The notes beneath the pieces are model-generated. The model was given only the letters and a program-made list of their open reading frames with translations. It ran no database searches and was not told the DNA's origin. This document shows, one piece after another, positions 21,432-44,533 of a stretch of DNA of 64,000 nucleotides. The position numbers and the translations under genes are program-made. Numbering within the stretch: position 1 is the stretch's first letter; the number at the start of each line of letters is the position of its first letter. The DNA is from the human T2T-CHM13v2.0 reference genome, Homo sapiens: the NCBI RefSeq assembly GCF_009914755.1, contig NC_060936.1; one strand, written 5' to 3'.

Positions 21432-23476
21432 TAATGTACCTTGAAATAGGAAATGAATGAATGAATCCTTATAAGGAATAAAATATTTACCCCCCTCCCT
21501 CTATGTCATTTTATAGTCCAATACACAGAAACCCGAATACAGATTTGGCTCATATGTGAGCCCATCTGTTTCATCTGTTTATTCTATTCCATCTCTCTCT
21601 AATATATAAATAATTATATATTTATATTATATAATGTACATATATAAATATGACATATAATATGGTAAATATGACGATAAACAACATGTCATATGTAAAA
21701 ATTATATAGCAGAAATATATATAATAAATAAATAAATGTGTGTAAACTTACAGCCTCTGCTTCGTGGATGAGCTCAGAAGGGCCCTGTGCTACCATCTTC
21801 AAAATTCTTAATACTTTTTATTATTTAAAAAAAATTTTGGCCTGGCGCAGTGGCTCTCACCTGTAATCCCAGCACTTTGTGAGGCTGAGGTGGGTGGATC
21901 ACGAGGTTAGGAGTTCAAGACCAGCCTGGCCAATATGGTGAAAACTTGTGTCTACTAAAAATATAAAAATATTAGCCTGCTGCGGTGGCATGTGCCTGTT
22001 GTCCCAGTTACTCAAGAGGCTGAGGCAGGAGAATCGCCTGAACCAGGGAGGGGGAGGTTGCAGTGGGCCAAGATGCGCCCCACTGCACTCCAGCCTGGAC
22101 AACAGAGCGAGACTGTCTGAAAAAAAAAATTTTTTTAATTTAGTGGCATGATCGTAGCTCACTGAAGCCTCTACTTCTTGGTCTCAAGGGATCCTGTCAC
22201 CTCAGCCTCTCAAGTAGCTAGGACTACAGTCACGCACCACCACACCTGGCTAATTTTTAAAATTTTTGTAGAGATGGAGTCTCACCATGTTGGCCAGAGT
22301 GGTGTCAAACTCTTGGCCTCAAGTGATCCTCCCGCCTCGACCTCCCAAAGCTCTGGAATTACAGGCATGAGCCACCTCGCTCAGCCATTAACACCTTTTG
22401 AACAAGGGACCCCACATTTTCATTTTTCACTGGGGCCTGCAAAGTAGGTCGCTGATCTTGAAGCCATTTATGCACTCGTTGTGATGATGGAGTCTTTCTT
22501 GAATCGTATCAGAAACCTCTGTGAATCAGAAGGCCTGGGAAGCCAACAGGTAGAGACCACGCCTCACAGTGCAGCCAAGTCTCCACCTTGAGAACAACTG
22601 GCTCAAGCCCTTGTGCCTCAGAGTTCTAATCCCCTCCAAGGAGCTGCTGCACTTTAGTAACCTTCAGATGCCATGTTAAACATTTTGGTTTTAATAAAGG
22701 GTAAGGAAATCCATTCCGAGAATAGACCAAAACTGAAAGTTTTACCATGGTTAGCACGAATAAAAGACACCTCTTGTTTTTTCCACATCATCCCTATAGA
22801 CTTATAGCTCTTCCAGCTTTCATGTGACTTTTCCTGAAAGACTCTAAAAGGAGGAACAAGGAGGAAGGATCACTTGAACCCAGGAGTTTGAGAGGAGCCT
22901 CGGCAACATAATGAGACCCCATCTCTACAAAAATTACAGAAAAATTAGCTGGACATGGTGGAGTGTACCTGTGGCCCCAGCTACTAGGGAGGCTGAGGTG
23001 GGAGGATCGCTTGAGCCTGGAAGTCGAGGTTGCAGTGAGCCATGATCACACCACTGCACTCCAGCCTGGGCAACACAGTGAGACCCCATCTCACCAAAAA
23101 AAAAAAAAAAAAGAGGGAGAACACATTTTCCTCTAAAACAATCATTTTCCTGTTTCAGATAGTTTAAACAAAGTGTTGTCAACAAAGCTATACTCCACTT
23201 CTTTACAATGTCCAAAGAAACTTCTTGCTAAGATGTATTTTTCGTCACATTCTGCGAACGTAAAAAGGGAAGCAAATTTAGAATCAAGACTGTATTTCAG
23301 TTTGGATTTGATTTTTCTTTTTGTTTGTGCTTGCTGTTTTTTTGGTGAGAACCTCTGCCTGCCTGCCTGCCATGCAGTTCTAGATATTTTAGCTTTTTTT
23401 CCTTGGAGGGCAAAATCCTAGGGGTCCTTTGACCTAGAGTCACACACAGGACACAGATTTGCTTTCAGAATCCATT

Positions 23477-23482
23477 TTTATT
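23477..23482 (-). terminator. Probable distal HCAR1 polyadenylation signal AATAAA
   Basis: TTTATT about 3.2 kb past the HCAR1 stop, consistent with my recollection of a ~4.8-kb HCAR1 transcript. Confidence 0.6.
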
Positions 23483-24131
23483 ACAATGAAGGAACAAAGG
23501 AGCAACAGCCCAGGAGAGAATTCTAAGAATAGAACTAAAAGCAGAAGTGTGTGTTTTCGCAGATTCCTATCAGGAGGATGTATGACTAATGCTGGTAAGA
23601 ATTCTTGCCTTTACTCTTCCCCAGGTAACTGAGGGGCGGGGGAATTCAGGCATGATAACAGAGGAACAACTTAAGCGCTCTAAACCCCAAAGGAAATGCT
23701 TTCTTGCCTCCATTTCTTTATATGTAAAACGTGTTAATATAAGAAGTCATAATATTGAGCACTTACTGCCAGGCGCTATGCTTAATGCTTTACATGCACT
23801 TAATCATTCATTCAACAAACATTTACTGAGCACCTGCTATGTGCAGGTCCTCTTCTAGGCATTGGGTATATAACAGTGAACAAAGTTCTGATGCCTCAGG
23901 AATGTACATTCATTTAAACTGCCCAATGACACACTGAGGTTGTATTACAGTATCCCTGTTTGACAGACGAGGAAAATGAAGCTACAAATGATTAAATAAA
24001 ATCTGCCAGGCTGGGCGGGGTGCGGTGGCTTACACCTGTAATCCAAGCACTTTGGGAGGCCGAGGCAGGCGGATCACAAGTCAGGAGATCAAGACCATCC
24101 CGGCTAACACAATGAAACCCCGTCTGTACTA

Positions 24132-24493
<362 letters not shown>

Positions 24494-24509
24494 CTATAAA
24501 AAAAATTTA

Positions 24510-24665
<156 letters not shown>

Positions 24666-24870
24666 CTAAAAACACAAGCTGCCCTAAGATCACAGGCCTA
24701 GTAAATGCTTGAGCTGAGATTCAAACTTCGATGCTTCTAATGCTCTATAGCTCGTACTTTTCATCACTAGGCTGCACAGTGCCTCTGAAAAAAGGAATAA
24801 TAGGGACAGCCTAGAGGGGTGTTTTGAGGCCAAAGAACTAGAAGTTGGCAAAGTTCTTTTTTTTTTTTGA

Positions 24871-25029
<159 letters not shown>

Positions 25030-25962
25030 TAGTAGAGACGAGGTTTCTCCATGTTGGTCAGGCTGGTCTAGAACTCCTGACCTCAGGTGATCCGCCTCAG
25101 TCTCCCAAAGTGCTGGGATCACAAGCGTGAGCCACCATGCCCAACCCCCAGAAGTTGGCAAGGTTCTTAAGTGGGTAGAGTATCCTGGGCATTTGAGAGA
25201 GTATAAATTAAGGAGTTGAGAACCATGTTCACCACTTTGTAGCTTGAGAAAGGAGCTAGAGTTGGCCTGGAATGTTTCCCCCTAATTCAGGGCAGGGGCA
25301 GCTTGTCATTTCGTAGAGTCCTCTGTTTCGAGGGGTCCAGGTACACATTTGGGAAACTCATGTGTATGAGGGAGTCTTGCAATAAGAGGACAAAACTGAT
25401 GTTCACACAGAATCGGTCTAGAAACTGTATTCCGTGAAAGGATGAAAGCTCTTAACTTCTCTGTCCCCACCCCCCCAAAAAACTTTACTGTCACATAAGA
25501 GTTGACTAATGACCCTCCACTAAAAATTACACAGTATACTGCCTGCCACCAAATACGAATTCAGTAAATACTTGGAAAATAAGTGAATAATTTCAATTCA
25601 CAGTCACATGACAAGTTGTCAAAAGCAATTATAAAAGCAATTGTATTGGACTCAGCACATCCCACTGGAGAAGCCAGGGCAAGGAAACAGATCCCTCAGC
25701 ACCTTCTTTGAAATACAAAGATTTGAAGAAGGTCAGAGCAGATTGTTTTGTTGTTGTTCTTCTTGGGCTACCAGGAAGTCACAATGATGACAGACGTACA
25801 GATGTACATTTGGACAAAATGTACAGATGTACAAAGAAATGTAAAGATGAAAATTGATAGATCAATAGATCCCAATCTAAAGAGCCTCATTCGGCCTGAA
25901 ATAAAGCATTGATTGACTGAGCCCGGTTTCTGTTTTCTGAGATAAGGAATGATTTAAGGTCA

Positions 25963-26395
<433 letters not shown>

Positions 26396-26682
26396 CTAGC
26401 CCCCCTCCCAACACACACATGCTCCACTCCATGCACATTCTGTCCCCTGCCATTGTGATCAGATAAGAAAATGCAGCCAACTCACTTCAATCAACTGGAA
26501 CCTCCCCAAAAGGTATAGTTGTGTGAATTTCATTTCCGACAGAATGAGAAGGATGCAGTTCATGTGCGAGAAGCCGTCTTGCAATAAGAAAGGGGGGTGG
26601 CATTTTCAAAGCCCCCGACCCCTTAGCACGAGTTAATTCTAAGTCACCACTCTATCTTCCTCAGTGTTGTTGGTCTGCTTGT

Positions 26683-27723
26683 TCAGTGCCACTCAACAAT
26701 GTGGGGATCCCATTGCCCATCAGACTGGCTTTGGAAACTATTTGCCACACTGATGCAACTCCTGCGACCGAGGTTCGAAATTGGCATCTCTTCCGGCCTT
26801 TGTGTTTTTGAGTGTCCTGGCTGCTTGGGTTTCAGACTGCAGATTTTGAGCTTGTTGTAGAATTTGGGAAAGGAGGGGCTTGAAAAATAATACACCAGGG
26901 GATCCAGCATGCTGTTCATGTAGGTGAAGCTGAGGGTTATGTGCAGGGCCCCATGGACAGAGGGATCGCAGGCACTCGAGGGCACCGTCCAGAGGAAATA
27001 GAGTCTAGCAGACACGCTGGGCAGGTAGCATGTGATGAACACAATTGCCACCACCATGATGAACCGGGTCGCCTTCTTCATCCGAGCCTGTCTGGCCAGC
27101 TGCTGCCTCCGCCTCAGGCTCCAAACAATCTTGAAGGAGCAAAATAAGATGATGCCGAGGGGCATAAAGAACTCCAGCTGGAACATGATGTCATGCCAGC
27201 CATTGGCCGACTCCATGATGAAGCTCTCACAGGAGACGGCCGTCTCTTGCACGCAGAGATGGTTCTCCAGCAAAAGATACACTGTTCCCAGGATGACCAG
27301 GGCCCACAGGGTGCAGACGATGCCAGCCGCCACCCGGGTGGAGATAGTGTTCACCGCGTGGTGGGGGTGGACCACTTTGAAATACCTGTCCGCAGCCACC
27401 ACCGTAAGGAACACGATGCTCCCGGCCCTGTTCATGGCCAACGTGAAGAGCCCCACTCGGCAGGGAATGTCCCCAAAAGCCCAGTGTCTACGTCTGAGGT
27501 AATAGTCTGTCCGAAAAGGCAGGCAGATCATAAGGAGGAAATCAGCCACGGCCAAATTGAAAAGGTAAACAGTGCTGGGCTTCCAGGTCTTCATGTGGAA
27601 GCAGAAACCACACAGGGCGACCCCATTGCCTAGTGCGCCCAGCACAAAGGCCACAATGAGCAGCGGCGGCATCACCTGGGAGATGGTGTCCCCCTCGATG
27701 CGGCAGCACGACCCGTTGTACAT
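26683..27723 (-). CDS. HCAR1: Hydroxycarboxylic acid receptor 1 (GPR81, lactate receptor), 346 aa
   Basis: ATG in GCCATG context at 27723-27721; [22 protein letters not shown]...DRY...DPLVY...WDPHIVEWH. The ORF-track start at 27810 is a GTG extension. Confidence 0.99.
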
Positions 27724-28268
27724 GGCGGGGACAGAGCAAGTGTCCGGGTGCAGAGCAGCCCAGGGAGTCCCCACAATGGCACAGATGCTTATCTGAGCGT
27801 TAGCACTCACCCAGCTGCTGCGTGTCTGACTTCATCACCCAGGATGCGGGTCCTGTGTGTGTGGGTTGGATGCTGCCACAGCAGCGAGAAGAGAAACTTC
27901 AGCCAGGAAATGAGAGACCCAGGGAGGTCCTTTCTCTGGAGCCCGTCTCACAAGCCGCCTGCCTCTGGGAGAGGCCAAGCCTGGAGCCGGATGAAGCTTG
28001 GAAATGCATGCAATTTTGCAAAAGTGGTCATTTCTGAGAGGCGGTAGGGTGGGGGGGTCCGATGAGATTGATGCCGTAGAGGAGCGATTGGGTCCAGCGC
28101 CAGAGTAATTTTCATTTTCAGCTTCGCTGTTCCTCCTCGGACTCCGTGCTGGAGAGCACACAAAGCTGCCCAGAAGGCAAGAAGAAAGCTTGTTTGTCCT
28201 CCCTCCTGGTGGAGAAATCCAAACATTTCCTGGAGTGGTTCTGGGCCCCTGCCTTTGCTTTCCTCCCG

Positions 28269-28285
28269 TAACCTTTGCCTGACTG
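28269..28285 (-). promoter_or_regulatory. Candidate DR1/PPAR response element in the HCAR1 promoter
   Basis: Minus strand CAGT-CAGGCA-A-AGGTTA resembles DR1. HCAR1 is a known PPARgamma target; that this is the functional site is inference. Confidence 0.4.
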
Positions 28286-28762
28286 CCTTGTCCTCTCCCT
28301 CATCCCACGGGGCACTCCCATGCGGTGCCAGAGAGGGGAGGCTTTGCTCTGCAGCTCCTCCGGGCCATTTCCTGTGCCGAAAAATACCGCGCTCAAAAAT
28401 TGGAGGAGTCTGCGGAGAGAAAAGTTCTAATCACGATACTTGATGGATGTTAGAAAAATTCTTTGACGGGAGTCACCTTTCCCCCGCTCTATTCCCACCT
28501 CCCTGCCCTTTACATCCTTCCGTGAACCAAAGTGGCCAGTTGCACAACCACCAAGACCATGAAATAGATCCGAAGCCCACTTCTCATATGTCTGTCTCCA
28601 CAAAACGGCCTCTTTGGGAGCCGGTTTCCCCCTCTGCTGGGAAGCAGAGCCTAGAACTTTTACAAAGATTTGGCCCTGAGTTTCCATTGGCTGCTTGAAT
28701 GAGCCAAACACCATGAGATGTACGTTTTTAATTTCAATTATGTGCTGAGCCCATCAATTAAA

Positions 28763-28781
28763 ACTGCCCCCTGGGGGCGGA
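28763..28781 (-). promoter_or_regulatory. Candidate CTCF site
   Basis: Minus strand CCGCCCCCAGGGGGCAGT matches the CTCF core CCNCCAGGGGGC. Confidence 0.45.
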
Positions 28782-29009
28782 AGAGGATTGGAGGAGTTGA
28801 TTAAGGAGTCCATCTCTAAAGCAATCATGAGTAACATTAGACTGCACAAAAAATTGGAGTCTTTGCTAAAATTTCCTGTCCTTTGGCTTTAAGGATTATT
28901 AATCTGCCCTGTGCCTTTCAGCTTCCAGTTTAGAAAATGGGGTGGAGGCCGGGCGCGGTGGCTCACGCTTGTAATCCAAGCACTTTGGTAGGCCCAGGCG
29001 GGCGGATCA

Positions 29010-29446
<437 letters not shown>

Positions 29447-29485
29447 TCAGTCAGGTGTTGTGGCATGTGTCTGTAATCCCAGTTA

Positions 29486-29750
<265 letters not shown>

Positions 29751-31801
29751 TCACTTCCCACCTGAACTGTTGAAACAGTTTCCTAACTGGTTTCCCTTCC
29801 TCTCATCTATTTCCTGTAAGTCATCTTCTACACAATAATCTGATTTTTCTGAAGCACAGATATTATCATATACCTTTTTTCACTTAAAAATCTTCACTAG
29901 CTCCCTTCAATCTGCCAAGGGGCTAGAATGATGGCCTGTGGACCATATCTGGTTTAAAAACCAGCCTGGCTTGGCCGATATGTTTTTAAAACCTGGTGCA
30001 GTCCTATAAAAACCTGGATTTCTGTTGTCTCTTAGAACACTGGAAGATCTGGCCACACTGGACCGACACTCCCACATGGAAACAATCAGCTGGAGCTTAG
30101 AGTAGATGGAGTAGAGACAGAGAATGAGCCCCTGTAGACAGAGAATGAGCTTTACTGTTTGCCACAGTCCCCACCACTCCCTATTGCCTTACACCTGGTT
30201 GGCTTTCCTCATTGGCAAGCCTAGTCTCTGTGGGATTTTGAGTTTGTCACCTCTTGCTCTAGGTTGAAGGTCACATTCCTTGGATTGACGTACAAGGTCC
30301 TTCACAGTTGGTTCCCAACCTACCTTTCCAGTATGATTTTCCTGCCACTTTCCTCCTTCCACCCTACTCGCTAGTCTCATAACCTCTAATAAATAAAAAC
30401 GTGTTCGTCAAACGTCTATATCTAGTTCCCCCACAAATTCAGGAGTTCTTTGAAGACAAACTTCATACTCTTGGCCTGGATGACTAACTCCTACTTTTCT
30501 CCTTCTTTCTTTCCTTCCGTCTTTCTTTCTTTCTTTCTTTTCTTTCTTTCTCTCTCTCTCTTTCTCTCTGTCTCTCTCTCTCTCCCTCTCTGCCTCCCTC
30601 CCTCTCTCTCTTTCTTTTTTTTTTGAGACAGAGTCTGGCTCTGTTGTCCAGGCTGGAGTGCAGTGGCTCTGTCTTGGCTCACTGTAGCCTCAACCTCCCA
30701 GGCTCAAGCCATCCTCTTACCTTAGCTTCCTGAGTGGCTGGGACTACAGGTGCATGCTACCATGCCCAGCTAATTTTTGTATTTTTTGTAGAGACGGGGT
30801 TTTGCCATGTTGTCCAGGTCTCAAACTCCGGGGCTCAAGTGATCCACCCACCTTGACCTCTCAAATGTGCTGACATTACAGGTGTAAGCCACCATGCCAA
30901 GCCTAACTCCTACTTTTCATGAGAGCTCATTGTAACCACTTTCACTCTGTGGGCCTTTGTGATTCTGTGATAAGGTGTTAACTAACAGGGGTAACCATGG
31001 TAGGTTGAAACACCCCAAGATGAGGTCAGAGGGGTAACCCTGAGTACTTCACATGCTTAGCCTGGATTTTTTAACAAATGGAAAATATTCTTCATTCTAC
31101 ATTCTCAGATACTGTCGGGATTCTTGTAAACACAAATACTTCCTTTTTTTTCCACATGACTAACACCTGCCTTTCTTTTCTAAATCCTTTGTCTTGTCAA
31201 ATCACCTTCTTCTCTCTCTTTTTTTTTTTTCTTTTTGTGGCTGTAGAATTAGCTGTAAGGCAGAGGATTAAGGAAGAAAAAAATGGCATCTATTCCTCTG
31301 AAAGTCTACTGGTTTTTTTGGTTTGTATGTTTTGAGACAGAGTCTGGCTCTGTCGCTAAGGCTGGAGTGCAGTGGCACAAATGTAGCTCCTTTCAGCCTG
31401 TGCTTCCCAGGCTCAAGTGATCCTCCCACCTCAGCCTCACAAGTTGCTGGGACCACAGGCACGTGCCACCATGCCTGGCTAATTTTTGTATATTTTGTAG
31501 AGACAAGGTCTCACCATACTGGTCAGGCTGGTCCTGAACTCCTGGGTTCAAGCGATCTGCCTGCCTCAGCCTCTCAAAGTGCTGGGATTACAGGCGTGAG
31601 CCACCGCACCCACCCCAAAAGCCTACTGGTTTTTCACGTACAATCTGATCTTATTCTACCCCAGGGCTTCAAGAAGATGCTGTCTCTCTCTTCTTGGACT
31701 TCCTGCTCAAGATCATGCTGTGGTGCCCTATTCCTTTGTGCACCAAATTTAGATCTATCTAGGCTCATGCCTGTAATCCCAGTACTTTGGGAGGCAGATC
31801 A

Positions 31802-32664
<863 letters not shown>

Positions 32665-32710
32665 TCATGCCTGTAATCCCAGCACTTTGAGAGGTGAGGT
32701 GGGTGGATCA

Positions 32711-32926
<216 letters not shown>

Positions 32927-32945
32927 TCAAAAATAAATAAATAAA

Positions 32946-35298
<2,353 letters not shown>

Positions 35299-35416
35299 GG
35301 CTGGGTGCGGTGGCTCATGCCTGTAATCCCAGCATCTTGGGAGGCTGAGGCAGGTGGATCTCTTGAGCCCAGGAGTTAGAGACCAGCCTGGACAACATGG
35401 CGAAACCCCAACTCTA

Positions 35417-35812
<396 letters not shown>

Positions 35813-35860
35813 TTATCTGTCACCTGGAGCTGAGTGTTGAGTCGGGGAAATAAGACAAGC

Positions 35861-36205
35861 ACAGTAGTCCCCCCTTATCTGTGGGAAAGATGTTCCAAGA
35901 CCCCAGTGGATGACTGAAACTGCAGACGGCACCGAGATCTATGTGCCCTGTGGGTTTTGGATCTGGGAACAGCTACTAAGTGACTACCAGGTCGGTAGCG
36001 TCTACAGTGTAGATACGCTGGGAAAGAGAGGATTCACATCCCGAGCAGGGATGGCGAGAGACTTCATCATGCTACTCAGAATGCTATGCCATTTAAAACT
36101 TGTGTTTGTTTCTGGAATTTTCCACTGAATATTTTTGTGCCATAGCTGACCACAGGTAACTGAAAGCTCCGGAAAGCAAAACCACAGATAAGGAAGGCCT
36201 AGGAT
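35861..36205. mobile_element. MER44/Tigger7-like DNA transposon fragment
   Basis: Begins with TIR-like CAGTAGTCCCCCCTTATC; the opposite end is degenerate (GATAAGGAAGG). Confidence 0.6.
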
Positions 36206-36307
36206 ACATAACAATAAAGTAAAACAAATAGAATACGTGGTTTAAAGTAATATTTTCCACAATGAATTAGACACACCACAGATGATATGTGAAATGATAT
36301 TAGGTGA

Positions 36308-36701
<394 letters not shown>

Positions 36702-36961
36702 TGATCTTGGCTCACTGCAGCCTTGACCTCCTGGGTTCAGGTGATTCTCCCACTTCCTCCTCCCGAGTAGCTGGAACTACAGGCATGCGCCAGCAGACTT
36801 GGCTAATTGGTTTTTTTAATTATTTTTTGTAGAGACAGGTCTTGCCCTTTGCCCAGGCTGGTCTCAAACTCCTGGACTCAGGCGATACTCCCACCTTGGT
36901 CTCCCAAAGAACTGCGATTACAGGTGTGAGTTACCACACCCAGCCACATATTTTAATTTCA

Positions 36962-37543
<582 letters not shown>

Positions 37544-38092
37544 TCATGTAGGAATTCTGCAGGTTCAGGGCCTTTGTATGCTGTTTTGTCTTTCTAGAGT
37601 TTTCCGTGGTGAACTGTCACGGTGATGTTATCAGGGAATGAGGCCCTGCAGATCACTGAAGCCCACTCCCTTAAGCAGCAACACGTTAAAAAAAAAAACA
37701 GTTTCTCATTCTCGTCCTCAGATTCCGCCTAAAAGGGAACTGTTAGCACCATCCTCCAAATAGTTCAAGCCATTGCCGTTAGTCCTGCTCCTTCCAGGCC
37801 CAACTAGAATCTGCAGTCTGCAGATCGTACATCATGCATGTCTCCACGCACATTTCTACCATTTTGACTGGCCTAAGGTCTGGGAGGAAAGCAACTGCCT
37901 CCTGATTGGTCCCCTGCCTCCTGTCTTGCTCCTCCTCCAGCTCATTCTCCAAAACTCAAATCTGATGATGTCACTTACCTTGCGCAACACTCCAATGCCT
38001 TCTCGTTGTCTTTAGCAGGGAATTCAAGATGGCAGGCAAGACACTACAGGAACTGGCCTCAACAGCTCCAGCAAGAGTCATAACTGCGATAG

Positions 38093-38503
<411 letters not shown>

Positions 38504-38911
38504 TAGCCAGGATGGTCTCAATCTCCTGACCTCGTGATCCGTTCGCCTCGGCCTTCCAAAGTGCTGGGATTACAGGTGGGAGCCACTGCACCCGACCTTT
38601 TTTTTTTTTTTGAGACAGAGTTTGGCTCTTGCTGCCCAGGCTGGAGGGCAATGGCATGATCTTGGGTCACCGCAAGCTCCGCCTCACGGATTCAAGTTAT
38701 TCTCCTACCTCAGCCTCCCAAGTATCTGGGATTACAGGCATGCATCACCACGCCCGGCTAATTTTGTATGTTTGGTAGAGACAGGGTTTCTCCATGTTGG
38801 GCAGGCTGGTCTCAAATTCCCGACCTCAGGTGATCCGTCAGCCTTGGCCTCCCAAAGTGCTGGGATTACAGGCGTGAGCCACCAGGCCTGGCCTAAAATT
38901 AAGTAATATTA

Positions 38912-39205
<294 letters not shown>

Positions 39206-39233
39206 TCAAAACAAACAAAAAAACAAACAAAAA

Positions 39234-39269
<36 letters not shown>

Positions 39270-39286
39270 TAATTTAATTTTGGTTA

Positions 39287-39565
<279 letters not shown>

Positions 39566-39783
39566 CTACCATATCAGAAGTTTGGTAGACCTCACTTCCC
39601 CACAGCTCTGAAGCCTTCTGTGATTCTCTTTCTTTAGTCTGGGTCAAGCCCGCTTCTCTGGGCCATTTCGGCCATCCTCACACTTACCATGCAGCATTGT
39701 AATGATTTACATGTGTTTCTCCAGTACGTAGCCCAATGCCTGGCACCAAAGGGCTACTCGATAAGTATGTGTCAGATAAATAA

Positions 39784-40147
<364 letters not shown>

Positions 40148-40847
40148 TAGCTTCCTTCTTCTCCTGGCTGTGAGGTGACACTACTGCACAGAAAGGGTGA
40201 ATTGAAAGAACTTGGCGACACACCTGCCGGGCTGATCTGGCATGAGCTTGGGGACCTTAGGCTCTGTTGTGCCCCCTACTCTGATGCTTTATAAAGAAAG
40301 CAGTTTGGTTTATACGTGACCAGGGCAGGAAGTGAATATTCCTGCCTGGGTTCACCCAACAGGTGGTTGGGGGAAAAACTGTCTATGTGGTATAAATTCG
40401 AGGGCTCTGTTTCCCCAAAACTCCTTCCCCAGCCAGGACCCTGATTTTCTCATTGTATTAGCTTCCTGTTTCTCAGGGTGCTGGAGGCCAGAAGTCTGTA
40501 ATCACAGTGTCAGCAGGACTGTGCATTCTCTAGGGGGACTAGTGAAGACTTTGTCCTTTCCCTTCCAGCCTCTGATTGGCTGTCAGCATTCCTCGGCTTG
40601 CGACCACATCCCTCCAGTATCTGCCTCTGTGTTCACATGGACTTCTCTCCCATGTGTCTCTCCTAAGGACATTTGTCATTGGATTTAGGGCACAGTAATC
40701 ATGAATCATCTCATCGATCTAGGGATCTTTAACTTAATTAGATCTGCAAAGACCCTTTCTCCAAATACGGTCATATTCATAGTTTCTGGGGGACAGGATA
40801 TGAACACAGATTTTCAAGGGAGGCCACTATTTAACCCACTACAGTGA

Positions 40848-41051
<204 letters not shown>

Positions 41052-41189
41052 TAGTCTTGAACTCCTGGGCTTGAACTCCTGGGCTCAAGTGATCCTCCCA
41101 CCTCAGCATCACAAAATGCTGAGATTACAGGCGTGAGCCACTGTGCCTGGCCTACAATTACTTTTATTTATTTATTTACTTATTTTTGA

Positions 41190-41291
<102 letters not shown>

Positions 41292-41749
41292 TGAGTACTA
41301 GGAGTACAGGCATGTGCCAGCACACCTGGCTAATTTTTTTTTTTTTTTTTTTTAGTAGAGACAGGGTTTCACTGTGTTAGCCAGGCAGGTCTCAAACCCC
41401 TGACCTCAAGTGATCCACCTGCCTTGGCCTCCCACACTGCTGGGATTACAGATGTGATCCACTGCGCCCGGCCTACAATGACTTTTCAACGTCAGTTTTT
41501 GAGTTCTAGAGTTCCTCTCTACCCAGCAATTTCAACATGCCTTCTCTGGAAGTGAGGAGGAATTACTGACCAAATTTAATGTTGAAGTGATTCATTGTAT
41601 TTGTTTGTTTGTTTGATTCTGCCTGAAGGGGCTACAGCCCAGGAGAAGGCTGGGACCGAAAGGTTGAGGGGAGAGATGAGGATTGCCTCACACAGTGACC
41701 CAGGTGTCACGCGGACCAGACACGGGCTCTGATGGGGAAGTTCTTGCTA

Positions 41750-42141
<392 letters not shown>

Positions 42142-42932
42142 CTATAGATTCAAAGAGATTGAAGAGATAGATCAACCAATTGTCCATACTGTGACTCAGT
42201 TAACTCCAAATGTTAAAAAGTTGGAGACATCGGCCAGGTGTGGTGGCTCACGCCTGTAATCCCAGCACTTTGGGAGGCCAAGATGGGTGGATCACGAGGT
42301 CAAGAGATCCAGACCATCCTGGCCAACATGGTAGAATCCCATCTCTACTAAAAATACAAAAATTAGCTGGATGTGGTGGTACGCATCTGTAGTCCCAGCT
42401 ACTCAAGAGACTGAGGCAGGAGAATCACTTGAATCTGGGAGGCAGAGGCTACAGTGAGCTGAAATTGTGCCACTGCACTCCAGCCTGGGTGACAGAGCGA
42501 GACTCCGTCTCAAAGAAAAAAAAAAAAGTTGGAGACATTCGTGGAAATGTGAACACTGACTGGCTAATTGTATACATTAAGGAATTACTGTTACTTATGT
42601 TAGGTGTGATACTGATATTTTGGTTATGTTTAAAGAAAGAGTCCTTATCTTTTACAAATAAATACTGAATATATGTAGATGAAATTATATAACATTTCAA
42701 ACTTACTTCAAAGTAGTCTGGCAGGGAAGGGGAGTAGAAATAGAAAAAGAGAGGTTACAAGTTTTTGATTGTTGTAGTTGGATGGAGGGAACATGGGCAT
42801 TCGTTGTCCTGTTCTCTCCGCTTGTATATATTTCTCATAATAAAAAGTTAAGGCCGGGCACGGTGGCTCACGCCTGTAATCTCAGCACTTCAGGAGACCA
42901 AGGCGGGTGGATCAGCTGCAATCAGGAGTTCA

Positions 42933-43494
<562 letters not shown>

Positions 43495-44220
43495 CTACTC
43501 AGGAGGCTGGAGTAGGAGGATCTTTTGAGCCAAGCAATTCAGGTCCAATCTAGACAACATATTGAGACTCTATCTCTAAAAATAACGTTTTTTTTGGTGG
43601 GGCCTGGTGGCTTGCACCTGTAATCCCAGCAGGCTGAGGTGGGAGGATTGCTAAAGCCCAAAAATTTGAGACCGGCCTGGGCATTAGAGTAAGACCTTGC
43701 CTCTAAAAGAAAAAAAATTATTAATTTCAATAAAAATAAAAATAAAATTTTAAAAAGAATGCCTGTAATAGTATTTTTTTTTTTTTTGAGATGGAGTTTC
43801 ACTCTTGTTGCCCAGGCTGAAGTGCAGTGGTGCGATCTCAGCTCACTGCATCCTCCTCCTCCTGGGTTCAAGTGATTCTTAGGTCTCAGCCTCCCAGATA
43901 TCCAGAATTGCAGGCGTCCACCACCACCACGCTGGGCTAATTTTTTGTATTTTTAGTAGAGATGGGGTTTCATAATGTTAACGGCTGGTCTTGAACTCCT
44001 GACCTCAGGTGATCCACCCACCTCAACCTCCCAAAGTGCTGGGATTACAGGCATGAGCCACCACGGGCCCAGCCACTAGAATAGTATTTTTTAAGTGAAA
44101 GAAAATTGAGAGTAACTGAAATGTTTACCAGTGGGGAATGAGATAAATAAATTATAGTGACTTCATTCAAAAAAAAATTTACACTTGTTAAATAAAATAC
44201 ATACTTGTTAGCCAGGCTCA

Positions 44221-44533
<313 letters not shown>

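Noticed and set aside
23589-23858. 89-aa plus-strand ORF antisense to the HCAR1 3' UTR
   Set aside because: Its 3' half is MIR/L2-like sequence, with no promoter or homology support.
27724-27810. 375-aa HCAR1 form from the ORF track
   Set aside because: It starts at GTG. The known protein starts at the ATG at 27723. Kept only as a speculative extension.
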